Shown: positions 55,514 through 63,893 of the stretch, piece by piece | How the letters are laid out: every line of letters begins with the position of its first letter | Position numbering within the stretch: position 1 is the stretch's first letter | Source: Candidatus Nanoarchaeia archaeon | Lineage (GTDB): Archaea > Nanobdellota > Nanobdellia > Woesearchaeales > GW2011-AR4 | Reading direction: 5' to 3' | DNA length: 64,000 nucleotides | Assembly: GCA_035293285.1 (NCBI GenBank) | Contig: DATDOM010000066.1 | Location: forward strand, 20,249 to 84,248 | The notes under the pieces: model-generated | What the model was told of the DNA's origin: nothing | The model's input: the letters and a program-made list of their open reading frames with translations, nothing else | The model's database searches: none | Program-made: the position numbers and the translations under genes

Positions 55514-55962
55514 TGTTCGCGATTTTATCAAAATGAAACGACAAACCTTGCCAGATGTTGTCACAGAACGACAATTTCTATATTTAACGAGAGTTGCGGC
55601 CAGGATATTTGAAGAAGTGATTGGGGATCCTGACGCTGGACTCAGGAGCCAGATAATAAACGTGCACGTTAGTCCTGGAGTGCTTCATAGAAGCTTTGAA
55701 TTAAGACGTTCTGAAAGCGGAAGAGTGACTGTGCATAATACTTTTTATGGGTGCTCGTATGACGATAGAGCGAACCTGCCAAATAGGCAATACGATGTCC
55801 GGGGAGAGTAATTGAGCCGAATTGAGGATGGGCTAATGTTTCTGCTAGAAAATTATTCTAATAGGCATGACTAATTTGTTCGCCTAATCTTTCTTTTTAT
55901 ATAGGAAAATAATTCTAAAACAGACAGAAAAGCATATAAATTCCTAGTGCCTAACTTTAGAT

Positions 55963-56460
55963 ATGGCATTCTTTAGAATCAAGAAAATCAAGGGAAATGA
56001 GTATGCTTACAGGGTTGAAAATGAGTGGAAAAAAGGGACAAGCGTGCAGAAAGTAAAGGGATATTTGGGACGAGTTTTCAGATTTGAAAAAAGCCAGCAG
56101 ATTGAGTTTCAGAAATTTATTAATATTGAAGATCTAAATGAATACACGTCGTCAAATGACTGGATGAAAATAATAAAAAGTCTTGTTGAGTGGGAAATTT
56201 ACCAGCACAGCATAGACAGGACAAAATTCAATATTGATTTGAATTCCTTTAAAGTCCAGAGGAGAAAAAGAAATTCTGTCTTCGCCATCAATGAAGGGTA
56301 CATGTGCAATCTTACACTATCGAACCTTGCAAACTTCAAAAAAGAAGATGAAAGTGTCGACGGCTTTAGGCTTGCAAGGGTATTCATAGAAGCAGGGGTA
56401 AAAGTCCCGCAGGATGCCTTTGTCGGAATCTACGGAAAACTATATAAAACTGAAGAATGA
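55963..56460 (+). CDS. hypothetical protein (165 aa)
   Basis: N-terminus MAFFRIKKIKGNEYAYRVENEWKKGTSVQKVKGYLGRV. The ATG lies 4 nt after the 23-bp repeat, which supplies a TATA-like ATAAATT. Confidence 0.5.
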   Translation: MAFFRIKKIKGNEYAYRVENEWKKGTSVQKVKGYLGRVFRFEKSQQIEFQKFINIEDLNEYTSSNDWMKIIKSLVEWEIYQHSIDRTKFNIDLNSFKVQRRKRNSVFAINEGYMCNLTLSNLANFKKEDESVDGFRLARVFIEAGVKVPQDAFVGIYGKLYKTEE

Positions 56461-56470
56461 ATCTTTGATT

Positions 56471-56704
56471 ATGGTAAAAATTTTGGGAGCCTTGTTTATC
56501 ATAAGCAGCATTGCTGCATTGATTTTTGGAGCATATATCGATATCCATTATGGGGCAGGTTCCCAAGTTACTGGAAACCTCATTAAGGAGATTGTGACGC
56601 AGCCAAGCGTTTCTGTTAATTTTTTTGAATACGTTGAAGCAGGCGCGTTTGCCTACTGCGTCTTAAGCTTCATAGTCGGGGCTGTTCTTCTTTATAGGTT
56701 CTAA
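56471..56704 (+). CDS. small membrane protein (77 aa)
   Basis: MVKILGALFIISSIAALIFGAY plus a second TM near the C-terminus. Confidence 0.45.
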   Translation: MVKILGALFIISSIAALIFGAYIDIHYGAGSQVTGNLIKEIVTQPSVSVNFFEYVEAGAFAYCVLSFIVGAVLLYRF

Positions 56705-56732
56705 ATTTTGGTTTTTTGGTTACCTCAAGCAG

Positions 56733-57150
56733 AATTCACACACGGGTTTTGTTAACAATTTAAAAACTGTAGTTTTATAAAATTTTAGGAATAGTTACGC
56801 CTCGCCATTTCGCTCGGCATATGCGGACAAACCAAAATTATTTTAAATTTGTTTGGTTTGTCCTGACGTTCAGACACATAAGTAATAACAATAAAATTGT
56901 ATGTCTGAACGCATTGTTCATCAAACCTGCACATTCGCCCCATTTCGGGCGAAAACTTATCCGTGGGACTTTGAGCCCCACTTGATTCCGCCGGGGCTCG
57001 CGGAAGGGTTGTCGGTGTTCATCCACGTCGTAAAGTCATTGCCATGTTCCGAGGCAAATTTTAGTGCGGGGACTTGTGAGAGCTCGCTCTCACTCGCTCA
57101 GGTCCCCAAAAATTTGCCGAGTGTAACTATTGTCGTCAAACGACCGATTG
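56733..57150 (+). repeat. GC-hairpin mosaic repeat, copy 6 (leader-A-[2 inserted hairpins]-B-C-D-E), the longest copy
   Basis: Collinear with copy 4. Extra hairpins are GGACAAACCAAA..TTTGGTTTGTCC and GTTCAGACA..TGTCTGAAC. The module E loop carries a nested hairpin GGGGAC..GTCCCC. Confidence 0.75.
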
Positions 57151-57229
57151 AAGTAAGAGGTCCGAACTAGGTATTTAATCAAGTAATACAATTCAAAATC
57201 TTTTTATAAGAAGGTGTATTCCAGAGCTT

Positions 57230-57934
57230 ATGGTTTCTAAAGTCCCAAAGCACATAGCCATAATCCTCGATGGCAACAGAAGGTATGCCAAAAAGCTTGG
57301 AATCCAGATGTGGAAAGGTCACAAAATTGGAATGCAAAAAATCAAGGACTTGGTTGACTGGTGTGTTGAAATCGGAGTTGAGGAGCTGACACTTTACTGC
57401 TTTTCAACAGAGAACTTCAACCGCTCAAAAAAAGAAATAGATTATTTATTCGGCATTTTCAGGAATGAGCTTAAAAAGATGCACAATCCCGAAAAACAGT
57501 TCAAGGGCAAAATCAGGATAAAAGTCATAGGGCGAATTGAAATGTTTCCAAAGGACATGGCTAACCTGATGAAAGACGTTATGAAAAAGACTGAAAAAAA
57601 TGATAAATTTGTCCTTAACCTTGCGCTTGCTTACGGCGGACGGCAGGAGATAGAAGATTCTGTCAAAAAAATATGTAAAAAAGTAAAAAACGGTAAAATG
57701 AAGCTAAGCGAAGTAAATGAAAGCACGATAAGGGAAAATCTTTATCTGTCGAGCGAGCCTGATTTGATAATAAGGCCGGGCATGGAAGTCAGGATATCAA
57801 ACTTTTTAATATGGCAGGGAGCTTACAGCGAATGGATTTTTCTAAGGGACAGGCTATGGCCGGAATTCTCAAGAAAGGACTTTGACTACTGCATGGCTGA
57901 ATTCAACAGGCGGGAAAGAAGGTTTGGCAATTGA
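57230..57934 (+). CDS. uppS: undecaprenyl/di-trans,poly-cis-prenyl diphosphate synthase
   Basis: HIAIILDGNRRYAKK, ELTLYCFSTENFNRSK, RISNFLIWQGAYSE and RRERRFG motifs. Confidence 0.9.
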   Translation: MVSKVPKHIAIILDGNRRYAKKLGIQMWKGHKIGMQKIKDLVDWCVEIGVEELTLYCFSTENFNRSKKEIDYLFGIFRNELKKMHNPEKQFKGKIRIKVIGRIEMFPKDMANLMKDVMKKTEKNDKFVLNLALAYGGRQEIEDSVKKICKKVKNGKMKLSEVNESTIRENLYLSSEPDLIIRPGMEVRISNFLIWQGAYSEWIFLRDRLWPEFSRKDFDYCMAEFNRRERRFGN

Positions 57935-57940
57935 GGCTTT

Positions 57941-59359
57941 ATGGATAAATATGAACAATTTAATGAAGTGCTGAAAAATGCCGCAGTTGAGTTTGGCAAG
58001 ATAGACAAAAAAGAAGTGATAAGGGTAGTAAGCCATCTTGATGCCGACGGCATAAGCGCCTGCTCACTCCTCCTTAAATTGCTAAACAATGAAAGCAGGA
58101 AATACTCAGTATCAATTGTGCAGCAGCTTAACAGAAAAGTTGTGGAGCAGCTTTCGCTTGAACCCTACAACAATTTTATTTTCACTGACATAGGCTCCGG
58201 CGCGCTAAGGGAAATAAAGGAGCTTTTGCCGAAGAAGAAAATTATAATTCTTGACCACCACATAATTCCAGATGTCGGAGAATTAAACGGAATTGTCCTT
58301 GTAAACCCGCACCTTTGCGGAATAGACGGAGGAAAGGAAATAAGCGGCGCTGGTGTTGTATTCAAGTTTGCCTGCTGTGTTGACCCTGCAATTGAGGATT
58401 ATGCGCACATTGCAATAGTCGGGGCATTAGGAGACGTGCAGGAGCAAAATGGATTTTTGAGGCTGAACCAGGAGATTCTTGATACTGCAATAAAAAGAAA
58501 CAAGATTAATGTGACTAAAGGCCTCAGGATTTTTGGAGGGCAGACAAAGCCACTTCACAAGGCGCTTGAATACTGCACTGACCCTTATATTCCCGGAGTT
58601 TCTGGAAGCGAAAGCGGTGCAATACAATTCCTTTCACAAATAGGAATAGACCCAAGAAACGGAAGCGGCTGGAAAAAAATCGTGCATTTGGATGAAGAAG
58701 AGATGAAAAAACTGGTTACTGGTGTAATAATGCGGCGCCTTGGGGAGGCAAACCCTGAAGATGTGCTTGGGGATGTCTACATTTTGCCTCACGAGCAAGA
58801 AGAAAGCCCGACAAGGGATGCAAAAGAGTTTGCAACACTTCTGAATGCTTGCGGCAGGCTAGGACGGGCATCTTATGGAATCGGGGCATGCCTAGGCGAC
58901 AAAAAAATAAAGCAGCAGGCAATAAGAAGCCTTGCAGACTACAAAAAAGAAATTGTCAATGCACTAAACTGGTACCATGATAACAAATTCAGTGATGATG
59001 TATTTTGGGGAAAGGGGTATGTGATAATCAACGCAAAGGACAAGGTGATGTCAACAATGATTGGAACATTGGCATCAATCCTTTCAAAATCAAATGTTAT
59101 GGTCAATAATTCTTTTATCCTTTCAATGGCGCAGTCAAATGACGGCAACACAAAAGTGTCTTTGAGAAGCGCAAAAACCGGAAACACTTCTGACCTGAAA
59201 AAAATAATTGAAGAAGCAATAGTTGGAATAGAAAATGCAGAGTCAGGCGGGCACCAGAACGCTGCCGGCGCTGTTTTTCCGACGGTGCACGAGGAAAGGT
59301 TTACAATTGCCGCAAAAGAAATTCTTTCGAAGTATGCGCAGGAAGAGAAAATAAGCTGA
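57941..59359 (+). CDS. DHH-family RecJ-like (GAN/Cdc45-like) exonuclease
   Basis: 472 aa. SHLDADGISA, ILDHH, GDVQEQNG, and a DHHA1-like C-terminus GGHQNAAGA. Confidence 0.8.
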   Translation: MDKYEQFNEVLKNAAVEFGKIDKKEVIRVVSHLDADGISACSLLLKLLNNESRKYSVSIVQQLNRKVVEQLSLEPYNNFIFTDIGSGALREIKELLPKKKIIILDHHIIPDVGELNGIVLVNPHLCGIDGGKEISGAGVVFKFACCVDPAIEDYAHIAIVGALGDVQEQNGFLRLNQEILDTAIKRNKINVTKGLRIFGGQTKPLHKALEYCTDPYIPGVSGSESGAIQFLSQIGIDPRNGSGWKKIVHLDEEEMKKLVTGVIMRRLGEANPEDVLGDVYILPHEQEESPTRDAKEFATLLNACGRLGRASYGIGACLGDKKIKQQAIRSLADYKKEIVNALNWYHDNKFSDDVFWGKGYVIINAKDKVMSTMIGTLASILSKSNVMVNNSFILSMAQSNDGNTKVSLRSAKTGNTSDLKKIIEEAIVGIENAESGGHQNAAGAVFPTVHEERFTIAAKEILSKYAQEEKIS

Positions 59360-59397
59360 TAATTCAAACTAAAATAGAATACTTAAAATATTATAAA

Positions 59398-59670
59398 TTA
59401 CAAAATTGCCCTAATGCCGTCAATCTTTTCTGCAACATCAGCGCCGGTTTTTGTTAAAGTAAGAAGTTTTAACCTTCCCTGCTTTTCAAAATTTATAAGG
59501 CCGGCTTTTTGCATCTGCTGGAGAATTTTGACAACGTGGGAATATGTGCAGTCAACCTGCTTTGCAATTGAGGAAGCATAAATCTCGCTTTTTGCGTTCC
59601 TTAGCTCTACGAGCATCATTGCCGGCTTTTCGCGAAAAAAAACATTGAATATTTCCTTATTGTTGACCAT
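59398..59670 (-). CDS. small winged-HTH transcriptional regulator
   Basis: 90 aa. EIYASSIAKQVDCTYSHVVKILQQMQKAGLINFEKQGRLKLLTLT. Confidence 0.65.
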   Translation of the reverse strand: MVNNKEIFNVFFREKPAMMLVELRNAKSEIYASSIAKQVDCTYSHVVKILQQMQKAGLINFEKQGRLKLLTLTKTGADVAEKIDGIRAIL

Positions 59671-59793
59671 TTATACAACCCCCAAACATCTCTTTCAGAA
59701 TATAGTTTACATTAGCTAATTCATATTTAAACATTTCTATTTTAGCCTGGAAGTTTTATTTTGAAAAATTTTGATTTCCTAGATTATAAAATT

Positions 59794-59938
59794 GGGCTCC
59801 GCCAATAGGTACTCGCGCCCGCAATAGCGCAATATATATGTATATATTAGACGTTGAAATTATTGAATGTTTTCGAGGCGAATTTTAGTGTAAGTCAAAA
59901 TTCGCCGAGTGTAACTGCTGTGAGCGAAGCGAACGGAT
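59794..59938. repeat. GC-hairpin mosaic repeat, copy 9 (F-like arm inverted, plus module E)
   Basis: GCTCCGCCAATAGG... is followed by TTCGAGGCGAATTTT-loop-AAAATTCGCCGAGTGTAACTGCTG. Confidence 0.6.
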
Positions 59939-60029
59939 AATATAAAAATTATAAAAAATAAAACTAGATTAAAAAAGTAAATCAAGTTCCTTCCAATGCC
60001 AATCTTTTACGAAAAGCTTGACCAAAAGT

Positions 60030-60055
60030 GCGGGTTTCGCTCTGCTCAAGCCCGC
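60030..60055 (-). terminator. hairpin immediately after the stop of the ahcY remnant (possible original ahcY terminator)
   Basis: GCGGGTTTCGCTCTGCTCAAGCCCGC with stem GCGGG/CCCGC. It abuts the TAG stop at 60055-60057. Confidence 0.3.
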
Positions 60056-60285
60056 TAAGTCCCTTCCTGCCAGCTTTCAAGATATTTTTTCTGTTCGGCA
60101 GTCAATACATCGATTGAGATTTCCATTGCATCAAGCTGAAGCCTTGCAATGTCGTCGTCTATCTGCCCAGGCAGCTGGATTACTTCCGGCTTCATTTTTC
60201 CCTTGTTCTTGACTGCGTATTCGCACGCAAGAGCCTGGCCGCAGAATGAAGTTGACATTACTTCGCTTGGGTGCCCCTCCGCTCC
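60055..60285 (-). pseudogene. ahcY: orphaned 3' end of ahcY (last 75 codons plus stop)
   Basis: Translates as (G)AEGHPSEVMSTSFCGQALACEYAVKNKGKMKPEVIQLP...KKYLESWQEGT. By hand alignment 54 of 75 residues are identical to the C-terminus of the intact ahcY at 61998-62225. Confidence 0.85.
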
Positions 60286-60307
60286 TAATTTAAATTTTTA
60301 GATACAA

Positions 60308-60853
60308 CTACTTTATTTGCCCTGCTCTAATCTCTTGTGCGTAATGCGCAGCTAACTTAAAAAATTCTTCTAATTCATCTTGATTGTTGAAACGCTTTAT
60401 ATAAACCAATCTTCTTGTAGATTTCAAAAAAAGAAAAGCTGTGAAAGGATTTATAGAAACAAAAAATAAATCATAAAAAGCATTCAATATGCGTGGCTTT
60501 TTTTCTATCTTTTCCTCTTTTCCCAACCATTTTCTTGCAAGATGTTTAACAATTGGCAACTCATGACTGGTCAAATAAGTCTGAATGTTGTCTAACCAAT
60601 AATTTATTGCCTTTGTTATCTCGTTGGGATGTAATAGAGCTACGTGTTTAATGGCATCAACTACATCATCATCTAAAATCAAAACCAAATTCTCCCCGTA
60701 GTTAAATTTGAGCAAAGAACCGAAAATATGGGCTTGTATACTGCACCTTCTAAAATCTGAGATATTTTGTATTTCTCCTTTATCAATTATATCAACTTGG
60801 ATATCAGGATATTTATTTTTTATAATATCGGCAATTTGTTTTGATGTAAGCAT
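60308..60853 (-). CDS. hypothetical protein (181 aa) inside the HEG cassette
   Basis: ORF only, 18 nt downstream of the endonuclease gene. Confidence 0.5.
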   Translation of the reverse strand: MLTSKQIADIIKNKYPDIQVDIIDKGEIQNISDFRRCSIQAHIFGSLLKFNYGENLVLILDDDVVDAIKHVALLHPNEITKAINYWLDNIQTYLTSHELPIVKHLARKWLGKEEKIEKKPRILNAFYDLFFVSINPFTAFLFLKSTRRLVYIKRFNNQDELEEFFKLAAHYAQEIRAGQIK

Positions 60854-60871
60854 TTGATAATAATTTATTTG

Positions 60872-61771
60872 TCATGATTTAAATTTAACTAATTTTAAAT
60901 AAACTTCAATTTTCGATCTCTTTATAATGTGCCTGCTATCAATCATTTTAATAAATCTTAAAAAATCCCTTTGCCTTGTAATAACAATATTATACCACTT
61001 CCAGTTCCCTCTTGTTTCATTACAAACTCTGCTGTAAATTCCAACTTTATTCAAAAGTTTTTGAATATGTAAAGCATGAAACTCAGAATCAGTTGTTATT
61101 TTTATAGTTGGTATTGTAATTCTCGAATTTTTATAAATATAAATAGTTCCGTCACCGTCAAATAATCCAGTTAGGTAAGAAGATATTTCTTTTTCTGAGA
61201 AATCCAAATTAGGGTAATTTTTTGTTTTCCATCCTATCTTTTTTGCAATTATTCTCCCAACAACAGATGGAGGATAAGCGTAATATGTTTCATCTCTTTT
61301 GTCTTTCTTTATGTAAATTTTACATTCAAAAGTACTCCAGATTAAGCCACAAAATCTGTCAATCAATTCTTTGTGCTGATTAGAAAAATAGAATATTTGT
61401 CCTTTGCCTGATTTTATCAAGTTAAGATGCCCATCAGAATGAATGAGTCCAATTAGTTCAGGAGAAATATGGTTATTTTTGATACTTATCGATTTCGCAT
61501 TTCTTGATGACAAAATCAATGAATTTATACTTGAGTCTAATTTTAACATATCCAAGAATGAAAAATACAGTTTTGTAGATGGCTTGACTTTACCAGTTCT
61601 TATTTGATAAAGAGTAGTTTCATCATGATTTAAAATTTTTGCTAATTCTTTTATGCTGTAAAATTCATTAATTTTTTTGAATATTTTAATTCTTTCATCA
61701 CCCCCCCAGTTAACAAATATAGAATAATCTGTCAAATCTTCCTTTGTAATTTTTAAAATTGAATTTTCCAT
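60872..61771 (-). CDS. double-motif LAGLIDADG homing endonuclease with N-terminal HTH
   Basis: Motifs LIGLIHSDGHL and YLTGLFDGDGTIY. N-terminal ELAKILNHDETTLYQIRTGK. The ATG at 61771 (MENSILKI) is preferred over the longer tracked ORF. Confidence 0.8.
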   Translation of the reverse strand: MENSILKITKEDLTDYSIFVNWGGDERIKIFKKINEFYSIKELAKILNHDETTLYQIRTGKVKPSTKLYFSFLDMLKLDSSINSLILSSRNAKSISIKNNHISPELIGLIHSDGHLNLIKSGKGQIFYFSNQHKELIDRFCGLIWSTFECKIYIKKDKRDETYYAYPPSVVGRIIAKKIGWKTKNYPNLDFSEKEISSYLTGLFDGDGTIYIYKNSRITIPTIKITTDSEFHALHIQKLLNKVGIYSRVCNETRGNWKWYNIVITRQRDFLRFIKMIDSRHIIKRSKIEVYLKLVKFKS

Positions 61772-61997
61772 TTTAATCAAGCCTCCAAAGTTTTTTATTT
61801 TCCTGAAAACTTTGAAGTGGTAAGAAAAAGAGAATTTGAAGCGAAACTGCGTAATTGATTTTCTGGCAAAGCCAAAAATCATTATTTAGCAGTTTTGCGT
61901 ATTCTCTTTTTTGATTTGAAAATCATGTTAACTTAAATACTTGGCGTCGACAAATGTCCAGTGGCCAGTGAAAAAGAAAAAATAAGAAAAGTGGTAC

Positions 61998-63263
61998 TTA
62001 TGTACCTTCTTCCCAAGAATTCAGGTATTTAATTTGTTCTTCATCCAATTCGTCAATCACTACCCCATAAGCTTCTAACTTAAGTTTTGAAATGATATTG
62101 TCTATTTCTTCTGGAAGCTGGATTACTTCCGGCTTCATTTTTCCTCTGTTCTTTGCTGCATATTCGCAAGCAAGAGCCTGTCCACAGAAAGATGTGTCCA
62201 TAACCTCACTTGGATGCCCCTCTGCAAGAGATAAATTAACCAAGCGCCCTTGCGCAAGGCAAGTTATTTTATGCCCATTTTTTAGTATAAAATCCTCCAC
62301 TAATGGCCGGACTTCTTTCATACTTTTTGCTATCGATTTTAATCCTTTGTAATCAATTTCGACGTCAAAATGCCCTGAATTGCATATAATTACGCCATCT
62401 TTCATTTTTTCCATGTGCCTTGTCTTTATTACTTTAATATCTCCAGTCACAGTTATAAAAACATCTCCGCATTTTGCAGCGTCGTCCATTTTCATGACTT
62501 GGTAACCGTCGTACAATGCCTGCAAAGCCCTAAATGGGTCAATTTCTGTTACAATAACATTAGCTCCCATTCCCTTTGCCCTTAAAGTAACTCCTTTTCC
62601 GCAAGAGCCATATCCAGCAACAACAACATTTTTTCCGCAAACTAGAACATTTGTCCCCCGTTTAATTCCATCCCAAGTTGATTCGCCAGTTCCAAGATAA
62701 TTGTCAAGCAGATGTTTTGTCTTGTTGTCATTCACTGCAATCATCGGATATTTGAGTGCCCTGTCTTTTTCCATTGCCTTCAATCTTATGACTCCTGTTG
62801 TAGTTTCCTCACATCCTGCAATTATATCTTTAATCAGATGAGCGTGCTTTTGGTGTATTTCGCTGACCAGATCGCATCCGTCATCAATTGTAATGTGCGG
62901 CTTAAAGGCAATTACGTTATTCAGGTATCTGTAATAGTCTTCGCGGTTTTCTCCCTTGTATGCCCAGACTTTTATGCCGTCTTTTGCAAGCGCTGCTGCA
63001 ACATCATCCTGCGTGCTTAATGGATTGCATCCTGTGATTGCAACATCTGCGCCTCCTGCAATCAAAGTCCTTACAAGAATTCCTGTTTCTTTTGTGACGT
63101 GAAGCGCCATTCCAATCCTTACGCCCTTAAGCGGCTTTTCTTTTGAAAATCTTTGTTTGACTTTCATCAGGGCCTGCATCCTGGATTCTGCAATTTCTAA
63201 ATTAAGCAGCCCCTGCTCTGCAAGCTTCATGTCCTTAACTTCGTAATTTGCTCCTTTGTCCAT
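61998..63263 (-). CDS. ahcY: adenosylhomocysteinase (archaeal short form)
   Basis: 421 aa, uninterrupted. GCNPLSTQDDVAAAL, CEETTTGV, VVAGYGSCGKG, NSGHFDVEI and LAEGHPSEVMDTSF motifs. Confidence 0.9.
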   Translation of the reverse strand: MDKGANYEVKDMKLAEQGLLNLEIAESRMQALMKVKQRFSKEKPLKGVRIGMALHVTKETGILVRTLIAGGADVAITGCNPLSTQDDVAAALAKDGIKVWAYKGENREDYYRYLNNVIAFKPHITIDDGCDLVSEIHQKHAHLIKDIIAGCEETTTGVIRLKAMEKDRALKYPMIAVNDNKTKHLLDNYLGTGESTWDGIKRGTNVLVCGKNVVVAGYGSCGKGVTLRAKGMGANVIVTEIDPFRALQALYDGYQVMKMDDAAKCGDVFITVTGDIKVIKTRHMEKMKDGVIICNSGHFDVEIDYKGLKSIAKSMKEVRPLVEDFILKNGHKITCLAQGRLVNLSLAEGHPSEVMDTSFCGQALACEYAAKNRGKMKPEVIQLPEEIDNIISKLKLEAYGVVIDELDEEQIKYLNSWEEGT

Positions 63264-63398
63264 AAAATCACCAAAACAAGGAATATTCGGGAGATTTATA
63301 TATTTTTTTAGGAGAAAAGTAAAAAAAATACGAATAAATGTAAAAATATTAGAAAAAATAGCAAAAATTTAATAAAATAGTGGAAATTAACCAATCAA

Positions 63399-63827
63399 AT
63401 GATGGACAAAAAGGATTTTGAGATAATTGAGCAGCTAAAAGCTGACTCAAGGGCTTCGATAAAAAAAATCTCCCAGAAAACAAAACTGAGGCCAAGCACG
63501 GTGCATAAGAGGATTGAAAAGCTTAAAGGGAAGAAAATCATCGAGAGCTTCACAATCAGGCTTAATGACAAAGAGGTTGGCGAGAGCTTTATTGTCTTCA
63601 TGCTGGTCAAAGGCGGAACTGAAGAATATATTGACAACAGGTTCATCAATAACAAAAATGTAAAAGAAGTCTTTGGAATAACTGGAGAGTACGACCTTTT
63701 GATTAAGCTCAAGTTTGGAAATGTTGAAGAGTTTAATGACTACATACTCGGGTTTCGGAAAAATAACAAGAATATTGCGTCCACACTTACAATGGTTGCG
63801 ACAAAAAAAATCAAGGAGGAATTTTAG
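63399..63827 (+). CDS. Lrp/AsnC-family transcriptional regulator
   Basis: DKKDFEIIEQLKADSRASIKKISQKTKLRPSTVHKRIEKL followed by a RAM-like domain (VFGITGEYDLLIKL). Confidence 0.85.
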   Translation: MMDKKDFEIIEQLKADSRASIKKISQKTKLRPSTVHKRIEKLKGKKIIESFTIRLNDKEVGESFIVFMLVKGGTEEYIDNRFINNKNVKEVFGITGEYDLLIKLKFGNVEEFNDYILGFRKNNKNIASTLTMVATKKIKEEF

Positions 63828-63893
63828 CAGCTCAACAAAATCTTTAAATACCACCTAAATAGATTGATTTTTCAGCTTGCGATACATTTTAAG

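Larger units (their letters stand above)
60283..62225 (-). mobile_element. homing-endonuclease cassette carrying a replacement ahcY 3' end
   Basis: Bounded by the two homologous 228-bp ahcY 3' segments. Contains the LAGLIDADG gene, a 181-aa ORF and the functional ahcY terminus. Confidence 0.7.

Noticed and set aside
60018-60212. Plus-strand 64-aa ORF over the ahcY remnant.
   Set aside because: The opposite strand carries an unmistakable AhcY C-terminal homologue, so the plus-strand frame is incidental.
61998-63263. Intein or intron in ahcY as the explanation for the nearby LAGLIDADG gene.
   Set aside because: The ahcY reading frame is continuous and of normal length (421 aa) with all motifs contiguous. 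The endonuclease gene is a separate ORF downstream of the stop codon.
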